A stretch of DNA of 64,000 nt, taken from assembly GCA_051362555.1 (NCBI GenBank), contig CM120641.1, positions 682,001 through 746,000 of the forward strand, read 5' to 3'. How positions within the stretch are numbered: position 1 is the stretch's first letter; the number at the start of each line of letters is the position of its first letter. Of this stretch, positions 25,685 through 43,000 are shown one piece after another. A program made the translations under genes and the position numbers. The stretch comes from Lingula anatina (Eukaryota; Animalia; Brachiopoda). Below the pieces are notes generated by a model, which had not been told where the DNA came from, searched no databases, and saw only the letters and a list, made by a program, of their open reading frames with translations.

Positions 25685-25819
25685 TGTTAGTATCATATTA
25701 ACTTTTTTCTATTTTCATTTGTTTTATTTTCACCGCCGTAGAAATAATTTTCACCATGGTGAAAATTCTATAAAATAAAACTTAAATGAAAATATAAAAA
25801 AGTTAATATGATACTAACA
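25685..25819. repeat. Fold-back inverted repeat with a central palindrome
   Basis: TGTTAGTATCATATTAACTTTTT..TTTTCATTT pairs with AAATGAAAA..AAAAAGTTAATATGATACTAACA; inner palindrome AATTTTCACCATGGTGAAAATT. Confidence 0.8.
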
Positions 25820-26597
25820 GAGCGCAGTAGGAAGGTATCCCACGACATCAGTGCTCTATCGCGAATACAGTGATTTGCATATGATAATATTGTGTAATCG
25901 ATTCGGGTTTTTGATTTCATTGTTGGAGGCAAACTTGAATTGAACATTTTTTCAAGAAAAATTTACTAATTAAAAACAGAAATAAAAAAACGTACTCATA
26001 TATATCTTTTAAGAAAAAAAAAGCATCATTCATCTTAAAAGAGCATTTAATAAATTGTGCTTTTTATGCCAAACACAATTTCTAACAATAGAATAATTTA
26101 CAATAGGTCCTAAGTTAGATAAAAACTGCTTTAAAAACGTGGAAACAACCTTATTTTATTGGGAGGAAAAAAACTGAATGAACAGAAGAATTGATGCGTG
26201 AGTGGGTATAATATGTAGTTAATCATATAATAAACATTACCCATGATATTATCAATTATAATCAACAGAAATACAAAATTGCGCGGGTTAATTGCGCTTT
26301 AAATGCAACACTTCTTTGTACATTAATCTAGACGATTTGTGAAAATTATTATTATTATCATTTGCCCCTGAAACTTTGATTAATACACGAGCAATCCTGG
26401 GTCGGCTCTAACATTACAATACCAACAACGTCACAACTCGATAAGAATTATTTTATTTTCAGTTCAAACAAACGCTTTAATGGCTCCATTTACAGTTACG
26501 GACGCACAATCCATGCGATTCCGTCTCGCTGGCTCGGAACAGAATGACACGGATTTAATGTTTGTGGGGGGTGACTAAACGAGATTTGAATAACAAG

Positions 26598-26612
26598 GTC
26601 GCTATGGGATAC
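26598..26612 (+). promoter_or_regulatory. Candidate RFX X-box upstream of the CXorf65-like gene
   Basis: GTCGCTATGGGATAC resembles the X-box consensus GTTGCYATGGYAAC and lies ~160 bp upstream of the ATG. Motif match only. Confidence 0.3.
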
Positions 26613-26769
26613 GGGCTTACTGCAAGCAGTAGGTCACACAGAGCCTATCACATCACTGTTTAACTAAAAGCCTTGAACATACTGAATAAGGTCGAGCTAG
26701 ATGGAGATCTCTCGAAATACTCCATGGACTATATGAAGGCTAGAGAGAGAATCTATATTATTTAAGACG

Positions 26770-28041
26770 ATGTTTATTATAGTTAAATACGGGAACAACG
26801 AGGAGTTGATCTGCAACCCGAGCTGTGCCGTTGTGAACCTGCTCAACAACATTAAGAAACGGACAGGCTTCGGTAACACTCCAGTTAGCCTGGACTTGTC
26901 CGACGAAACAGGTGAGGGTCGGTAGGGGGTTCTGTATCAAGTGGAACGTAAAATTAGTTAAGTATCTTTATGCAGCAAGACTCGGCTGTGATTTTGAGAA
27001 AAAGTGCTACCCGGCTCCAAGATCGTTTCCGTGAACTTTTGATAGTAAGATAAGGAACCGCCATATGAGTTCTAACACTAAGTTTTTTAGATCCCGACAC
27101 GTATTGCTAGTTAATCAAATTAGCATTTGAATTGTGTTACGTTTCATCGTGTTAATACCAGTCAAATCTTTATACTATCATGTACAGTGGTCTACGAAGT
27201 TTTCTCTCTTCGGACACATCGCTACTAAACGTACTCTACTACATGTACTACCGGGTCGGTACTACTATTACTACTAGAATAGTACTACTATCGTTCACTA
27301 TACTAATTACAATACATATGACATGCCATGAAAATCTGCTGAATTCGCCCTATCCCCCTTTAAATGAAATAACTGAATATCTGCCGGACCGGTATGGTTT
27401 ATTTAACAACTTGTATTTATGTACTCTTTCACTTCATTATAAGCACCTGAAAAATGTCGGTCGTGCATAAGAGTTCATCGGCTTGGTCAAATAACAACAT
27501 TTTATCATTCTAGTTCATTAATGAAAAAGTTAAAGATAAGCTAACCAAGTAAATAAAACATCAGCCCGTGGATGGGAGGTTTTATATAGTGTTTATTGAT
27601 CAAGAGTCGTCAATCATGTCATCATTAGTTTACATGCTATCTGAAGAGTGCCAATTTCTCGATTTAAAATGTCGTCTCAAGTAGATTTCTATATTTGCAG
27701 GTTTGATAAAGGAGTTGGATGCACACAAGCACGATTATGCAACCAAATATCTGGTCTCCCACAACACTTACATCCTAGTGGAGAAACAGATGCTCCCACC
27801 AGACGATGACAACTACAACGGGGACGGCGACTCCTCCTCTCCTTTACCAGGAAAATACCAATATATACCACTCTTGGAAAAACACAATGAGATTTTCCCG
27901 AACTTGAAACTTCACGTGGCTGAAGTACAGAAGAAGAGGAAGATGCGAGCGACCAGTAAATCCCCAAGTCCCGCCGGCCGGGTCACCCTTAGCTCCAAGT
28001 CCAAGAAGAAGCCGAGTCAGTCGAAAATTGCCAAGAAATGA
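26770..28041 (+). CDS. CXorf65/C22orf15-like uncharacterized protein (2 coding exons)
   Basis: Exon 26770-26911 (MFIIVKYGNNEELICNPSCAVVNLLNNIKKRTG..LDLSDETG, donor GTGAGG) joins in phase 1 to 27701-28041 (LIKEL..DYATKYLVSHNTYILVEK..YIPLLE..basic tail). This matches the recalled CXorf65 pattern MFIFIKHGDNQ..NTNCAVV..IDLCEQTG..EYASKYL..FVPLL. Confidence 0.85.
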
Positions 28042-30167
28042 GGCGGTGTCCTTCTTTCTAAATGTATTATTATTATTATTATGAATGTTCTAGTATAATT
28101 GTGATATCTGTGATAAAGATTAGCGTGTGAGAGTTTGATGTAGGAAGTAGGGAAATGTTTAGATTACTAAAAAGACGTAGGCTACAGATTGGGTAGTTGT
28201 GAATAGAAAACTGTGAAGGAATTTCCAACCTTGAAAGGTGAAAAGTAAAACGCCATTTATTTCGTATACTTGTATTGTTTGACAAAAGTAATCTTAAGGT
28301 GGATGGAGATGGCTGTGCACGTTAAGAAGAAGAGAGAACGTTATGGTTTTTGGGACTTAACTATTACGCATGAAACCAGGGGAAAACATCAACGATCTTA
28401 CCAATAACATAACTGCAATAGCCTAAGCAGGACAGGATACGATCAAATATATTTAGTATCCTAACATTGTTTCACAAAAGTAATAATTACTAATATTTAG
28501 GTGGATCGAGATGGGTGTGTTCGTAAAGAAGAAGAAAAAGCGCTGTCGCTTTTAGTTCCTTACCATACAATGTACAACCAGGGAAAGCTCAACGACCTTA
28601 CATAACTGCGCTAGCCTACGCAGGACAAAGGCAGGTTGTATGTTGTTACGCATTTAAAGGAGAAAAAAAACTAGACGCAGAATCTGATAAATATTGTGAG
28701 CATACACGAAAATGTCTCGCCCTGAGTTATAAACTGTTGACCATGGAATTCCACCACCAGAGCTAATTAATGTAGATGATAAACGTTCTTTGCTGGTATT
28801 GGGGAGAAAACTAAGCCATTGACACTAAATCTCGGTGCGATCAGTCTGTCGACTACTATAACGGCAGCCAGCAATTATTAATGTGTTTTCAAAATCGATC
28901 TGTCTGCAAACTATATCAGCGGCTAATCCTGCGAGGTGCCGGCGTTCTATCACATTTTCCCGTGCGCGAAATATCGACCGGTGCATTGTGAACCGTTTTC
29001 CGTTTTTTCTTCTTTACAGCCATTCAATTTACCATGACAACGGACAAACACATTAATATGTTGAATGTACACTCGTAGACTAACAATGCAGGGTGATTAA
29101 GTATCCAAGTTCTGGGCCAAACGATGGAAAAGAGTATAATTTTTTTAGTTTGTTCATCTAGGAATTTCAGTCTCGAGGCAGTTTATATAATAGAAACTTC
29201 AATCATGTTATTTGTATACTTGCATTCGAAAAGGTTAAGAATATTTTTTAACCCAGGTGTTCGATTCGGGGGCCATTTATTCCCATATCAGTATATACCC
29301 ACTGTGAGTCTCTTGAAAATGATTTTATGCTCACACAACTAATGAAAAGATGGTCGATTCATGGCACCCCGGATTATTCAACCAGCGCTTTGACTGTAGA
29401 ATATTAGAATTTTAACAGGGTTTTTATGTCCACTGACTGGTTCAGGTGCATGTTGTTTCCCCTATTATACTAGAATATCATAGTTTATTAAATAAAACTT
29501 AAGAAAACTGAACTGTATTCGTTCATTATTTCATCGCACAAACTAAAATTTTAATGCTTGGATCACATCTATATCCATGCTGAAAGTGCACGTTTCACAT
29601 CTTGTACTTATTAGTTGGTTTTTACATAACCAAACTGATTTTATATTGATTGTGACACTTTAAGTCCAGTGTTGACAACTGCATTAATAATAATAAATTG
29701 ATCTAAATAAATAAATGAAATATAAATAAATAAATAAAATAAATTTTAAAAAATGAATGGAATTGAGAAATATAATAAAGAAATTAATTAATTCAAATGC
29801 TTTATTCAATATTTTAGAGCAATGTCATACCCCCCCTCATTTTCAATTTTCCCTTTTTCAATTGGCTGTTTTTATGTCCAAAGACAACATACATCCTTTT
29901 CAAGTAACAGAATAACTACCCTCTGCTAAAAATGCACTCCCAAGATGCACTTTAGTTTACGTGTCCATTGCTATCCATGTTGATGCCAAAAGGGGAAAAT
30001 TTTTTTATCCAAACTGAATCAGCTCAGATTGTATGCCTTGCTCAATATCCGAGGAATGAGTTGCCTATGTCACTGAAATATGTTCACAGCATATTCAAAA
30101 TGACACACAGCCAGGATAAGCTGATGTCTGCTGAGTTACTATGTAGTTGATAAACACAGTGTCAAGG

Positions 30168-36652
<6,485 letters not shown>

Positions 36653-36736
36653 TATGGAACTTCCACTCTAAATACATGTGCGCATGTCCCAATTCTTTGT
36701 CGATAGAGGTCACTGCTGTAAACCTCCCTTTGGTTA

Positions 36737-36947
36737 TAACTCCTTGTCATAACCAAGATAGAACAAGTCCTTATCTTCATCCGGTGTGTTTATATGGTAT
36801 AAAAACCATTCTTAACATGAACGATCTGGAAAAGATATGGACTAACCCAGCTTCAATATCTGATAAGATAACTCAGACCTTAACCTATAAGTCTCTGCAC
36901 TCTGTATATCAGGACTAGTGGGAAAAATTAATGAGCAGCAGAACGGG
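36737..36947. promoter_or_regulatory. Putative bidirectional promoter spacer between the two mirrored first exons
   Basis: Lies between the divergent ATG|GTGAGT exons at 36652(-) and 37032(+). Each arm carries an NRF1-like CATGCGCACATG and an ETS-like GGAAGT just upstream of the ATG. Function is inferred from position. Confidence 0.5.
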
Positions 36948-37031
36948 TAACCAAAGGGAGGTTTACAGCAGTGACCTCTATCGACAAAGAATTGGGACAT
37001 GCGCACATGTATTTAGAGTGGAAGTTCCATA

Positions 37032-40000
37032 ATGGTGAGTACGCTCTAATTTGTTATTGTGTATTTGGTTGTAGTATCCCATTGAAATTATTTTAAAGTG
37101 AAAGCTTAAAAGTGATAACATAGTGTCGGATTGGTACTTTCTGAACTAAACTTGAAATAATGGTTAGATATTCATGGTAATAGAAGATATTTTTAAATGC
37201 CGGTTCAATTCGTCTCCCGATTTTTTCTCCAATTTTTTGCTGAATCACATTTGCAACTGCCTACCTATGCAACCTATGATGGGTCACGTCAAAATACTCA
37301 CCCAAGAGCCCCAGCTGTCGGCTCTCTTGTGTTTGTTTCCCTTGGTTCTATTGTGAGTTATTGTAGCCATATCCCTGGAGTGTGGGGGTTCATCGCAGTT
37401 AGAGTGGAAGGTCTTTTCAAGTCTGCTTTTGAAACTATTTAGGTATATCAGAAAATTTTTCAAACTGATCAGAAAGTTAAAATACTTATATCTTCTGAAA
37501 AGTAATGCAAAAAACAGATGAATTCTTAAAATTTTATTTTTAAAATATTCCTACAAGCAACATAGATATTGAAGTATTTTAACTGCAAAATTTCACCAAA
37601 AGTGTCCACACTTTTCAGCTAAAGACCCATGACCACTGACCAGCAGTAATCACTCAGCTGTAGCTGCAGCTCAAAATGCTTATGACCAATTAGGGCTCTA
37701 TGTTAATCTAATGACCCAAAAACTAACCCAAATTGGCGACTGCACAATCACATGGCTGGGATGGCTTCGGTGCAGATCATGTACTATAAATGTTGCGCAT
37801 CAAATAAACTATACTTCGCATGGTTTAATTTTCATGATTTTTTAGCATAAAATTGCAAATTTCATTAACTTTAGTAGTTTACACAGAATAAATTACAAAA
37901 ACTTCCATGTAGTACTTATCTGAATTTTTTAACATTTTGTCGAGGCAAAACTTAAAAGTTCTCTTTTTGAAAGCACATTAATTGCATTACTTCAGACACC
38001 TGCTTTGAACACGACAGGACTTAGCAGTGCTACCCAAGCCCCTTTTTCTAGCTTATCAAATCTTTCAAACTGAGACCTCTAAAAGCGATATGAATATAAT
38101 AGTTTTCTTTGTTTAGATAATGATTTTATTATACAAGAATTCTGACTGTATATTAATGAACTGGGTGCGTATACGTCATGGTGTTCCAGTAGGAAAAATT
38201 GCTTTAAAAATAGTACACCACCATCGTTGATAAAGTCGCCACTGACGCTAGAAAATCCTTTTGATGGCCATTTCCCTGAGCTAAATACGTAAGTGAATAT
38301 CAACAAACAGTTGTCACGCGTATTTGTTCACAGATATACTTGATACAAACGATAAAATATACCTATTACAACATGCATCTGGTGTAAACTGAAATTGCAG
38401 CCCGTTGGCCATGGAGGAGTGTTGGTATTATCGCTGATAAAATCACCATTAGCTCTAGAAAATCCTCCTGAGGCCCATTGACTGACACTAAAAACCCTAG
38501 TGAATATAACCAAGTGGTTGTCACTAGTAATTGTCCTCTGGTCTGCTTGATATGAACGATCAAAGTTCACCAATTTAACATTGAGAGTTATGGGCGCAAG
38601 CCGATGTTTTACCCTAGTCCAAAATGAGAGCCTCGTTCTGGGTTCAGTAATCCGGTAACCGACTGTAAGAATACGCATAACGAACCTTTCTGAGATCGCA
38701 TTTGGTTTCTGTATCGTATAAATAAACTTAATTTTGCTTCAGAAATGAGTTTTATTGAACCTTTTCGCTATTACATCTTTGGAGGACAAGACAAGGTCAT
38801 CGGTCATTCACTGGTCGCCATTTTCGCGAACGAGGCAACAACTTGCTTCACTTTTCGAACTTAGAACAGAATTAGACATATGAAAGACCCCAATTTAATA
38901 ATTCAAACTATAAATTTTAGACTAAAGTACCAGAACAGAAGCTGCATAAATGTATGCAACATGATAATAGAACGTAGACGTAAGTACTCTTTGTAAGATA
39001 AGACTTTGATTACCTGTGGACCATTCTGATTGCCAAAAAGATAAATAAACCATCTTTCTTGTGCCAAAAGGTAGGTTTTTTTTATGAAGAAGAACCCAAA
39101 TGCCATCTCAGAGAGGTTTGCTATGCATACCTAGAAGTAAATATCGGTCCATTTCTATCTTTATAAGAAACACCCCTGGCATTGCTACAGTTCTTGTATT
39201 ATTGGAATAGCAGACAATACTTATGTCATTACATAATTTAATTCTGAAAAAATTATTGTTGAAGATGTTTAAGGGGCCAATTGCAAAACTGCTGGGATTT
39301 ATCTCCCACAATTTAATTAATTTATTTTTTTGCCAAAACATTTTAAAGTTACATTTATTAAAAAGAGTGTGGATTCTCAGTAATGCAAATAACCATTTCT
39401 ACTATGTTTTTGATATGACTTAGATAAAGTCCAAGACTGGATTTAAAAAGGTGAAATATCATAACAGAGCCGTGTATGTTGATGGCTCCATCAAGCTGGA
39501 GTCAATGCCGTAGGCGCTCATGTCAAAATAAACCATCCCTTAACAACCCCCCCCCCCCCCCCCCCCCCAAGTGTTGTACATCCCAGTGACAATTAGAGCG
39601 GGTTCTCATGCCTAGATCGATCATCTGGATCAGTAAAACTTCCTGGGGAGTCTCACTAAATTGCTGTCAACTCAACCAGCTCAAATGTCTGTCATGCCTA
39701 CCGAACTTGGGTAAAGATGATTACACCCTAACAGTTTTACTAGGTGTGACAGACATTTAAGACATTTAAATTTGGTACAATTTCCATAATAAGTGTTATT
39801 GAGCATTTGGTTTTATTTTTAGGACCAAAGCCAGTCTGGAGCTGAAGCAGGAAGGAAGAAAGAAGAAAAAAAATTAAAAGGATCTGAAGCAGATATAAAG
39901 TTGCCACAAAGTATTATTTTTAACAATGTTACTAATTAGACCTAGATTGTTAAATAACTATGTTGTAATCTAGTGTGCCCTTGCAATTCACAGTATGGGC

Positions 40001-43000
40001 TATGGAATTTATCATGTGAGTGATCACTGCAGTGATTTTCAGGTCAGAAGTATTCTATCTGAATTCAATAAATAGATCTGCTTGTGTTGTTTTTGGTAGC
40101 CTTAACTCCACTGTTCTCGTCCAACACACTGCTGTGTGTTTTTTCATGTAACCATTATAGATGTATTTTGCAGTGGCAATGAATTTATGTTTTCATATTT
40201 CACAGGATGGATTCCATGGCCAATTTGGAAAAAGTTGCTGATTTTTTTTATTGCTTCTACCATAATGCCGCCAGTTACAGCCAACCTAGAGGAGACATGC
40301 AAAAATGGTAAGTTTTCACAGAGATTAAAGTATATTTAGTGAAATAGGTATAAGCATTATTGTACCACCAGTGTGTTGCTGGCAGTGCACGTGCTTTTAG
40401 TCCCTACCCATCTCGTCCACCTCCTCCGCCGCCATGTTACCACTATCACTTCTCCTCCTAGACTATAAGAGCCTGAGTACCCATCTCTTGGATTTAGGTC
40501 ACATATAAACTTGATGCGTTCCACTTAAATTTTTAGCTTTGTGGGTGCTCGGGTCTGGGTGGGGCGCTCGTCACAATGCACCCTTGTCTGTAATTTGCAA
40601 GTCTGATAAACTAGCACAAACTGTTATGTCTATAAGCATTTTTATTGTGATTGGGCACAAAAGAAATGAAAAGTTTTTCTATTTCCAGATAAGATCTTCA
40701 ATTAATTGTTTTTTTTTCTTATTGATGAGAGCTATTGAAAACAATATATGTTATGCCCAAGCCATGTAATCTCTGAGGGAAGTCCTTTAACAAATGTGAA
40801 CCAAATAGTTACAATATGTGGCTACTTCAGCATAGGGGTCAAATATGTAGCTTTTTACCTTCTTGCACTAAGGGTAACATTCACATTTCCTTCTCTTATT
40901 TGATCCTTATTGTGTAAATATACATAACTCTTTTCAAATATCTAGAAGTGTTAATACCTAATTCATCAAGTAAATAGATATTACAATTTGTTTACAGCAA
41001 ATGTAACGGCACTAAGTGGAAAGGACTTCACCTGTAGCTTTCAACTACCAGTAAGAGAGTCTGTGTTTTCGACTTATGTCTTGTGGAATTCCCAGCAACT
41101 ATTTCAGCATGTGCAAAATTCTGATGAGCCGATACATCGGTTTACCAATTTTACTGGGCTGAAAGACAGGAGGTACATGACCATTCTTGCTGGGCTGAAA
41201 GACAGGATGAACGTGACCATTCTTAACAATGGACATGTAAGCATGCGAATAAAGGCTGCAAGACCAGAAGACAGTGGAACGTACACATTCCAGCAAGTAT
41301 TTTCAGACAGGAAGCCTATAAACACTTCTTTGAAAATAAATTTTGTTAATGGTAAGTGAAAGTACTCATATTTTCTACTAACTCAAATCATAAAGATAGA
41401 GGGCATGTTTTCCTGAAAGTCATTGGGCAATACTAAAAAAATGCATCACAGTCCTGATTTATATATTTAAAGGTAGTCTTCAGTGTTGCATCTGGGTACT
41501 AAAAACTGGGAAAGGGTGCTTTCCCAGAGATTTAGATCGATCTAAAGATTAAGATTTAGATTGACCTAACTCCCTGGGGGTTCCCGCTAAATTGCAGTCA
41601 GCCGAGCAGGCACCATATTTAATTACCCCCTTACAGCTTTTAGTAGGCAGGACAGACGCTTAAGCCGGCTAAGCTGACAGTAATCTAGTGAGACTCCCCA
41701 CAGGGATAGATCGATCTAAAAATCTATGGAAATGGGGTGAAATACTACAATTAAAACATCATCAAGATAGAGCATGCTGTCCTTGTAATGCACAGCTGAG
41801 TACACTTCATACAATTCTTGTAATCACATGTATAATCTTCTTTACCTTTACTATAAACAGTGCACTCGGTAGGATTTTTCTAAGGGAGTACCGTAACCCT
41901 TGCCCAAAAAAAGAAGGGGTAATTTTCAAAATGAAGGGGTAAAATTAAAAAATGCTCATCAAGGTGTAATTACTATGTCACCTTATAGTGTTGTTTCTTT
42001 GGCTTTTTCTCCAAAAATCAGTGGGGGGGGGGGGGGGGGGGGGGGGGGGGGTGGTGAAAATATAACATGTAATTTATTAGAGATTTTACATTGCTTTTAA
42101 ATTACCACAGAAACAATCAAAATACAACAAGTACGACTGCACTTCATAGCCAAAAATTTACAATCTATTCTTGACTGAGATTTAAAAATGCTCCTGGCCT
42201 AACTGCTTCCTTAGTAAAGTTTTTAAAAAAACAAGCGCTCTGTAATAGTTGGGAGATGGAGAGATAGAGAACGGCGCCAAAATGTCTGGACATTGACAAG
42301 TAGTCACCCAGTATCGGTCTCTGTCAAACAAGCATTTTTTAGTATACTATGTGAGAAGGGACACAAAATTTACATATTTAGCCATTTTAATCAATCAAAA
42401 TGTTCATACTTCTTACTCTTCCTAGTGTTTCTCCCTAAAATTGATGCTGACAAAAAGTAGGTCAAGTCGGGAACATTAGTTTTACTAAATTGTTTATAAA
42501 AATTAAACCTTTGCTTTCAATTTGTAAATAATTACTAGAAATGTTATTTCACAGTTTGTTGAAAGATAATTTTTATTTATGTTTGTTAGCGCAGCACTTC
42601 AAGTTCAACTGTTTTCTAAGCTGGCCAAATCTGGAGCTAGCCGGTTGCTGCAAACCACTTTGTTTCCAACCGGCAAATGACTGCCAATAATAAACGATCT
42701 ATTTTGTCTGTGATAATAAATTTTACACTTCAAATTTTCCGGGCAAGTGAACAGCCGAAAGTCACTTGCGTTTCCGGGCAACTACCAGCTAAATTTTAGT
42801 TGCCCGGCTGATAAAACTAGTTGCGAAACGCAACCATCGCAAGTAGGTATGTTGGACTCTGAAATCTATAGTAAATAACTTTGCCTACCTTGCATGACAA
42901 AACCTTTTAATTGACTGTTGTTTTTTTCCTTTGCTTTTCCTTTTTCTCGTCATTTTGTCATCACTGGTAATCAGCAGAGCTGGAAATTCCCGGTCGCCCG

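Noticed and set aside
39823-39910. A second full PSMC1 paralog or processed pseudogene
   Set aside because: Only the 5' exons and intron 3 are represented, no ATPase exons follow, and the homologous intron argues against retroposition.
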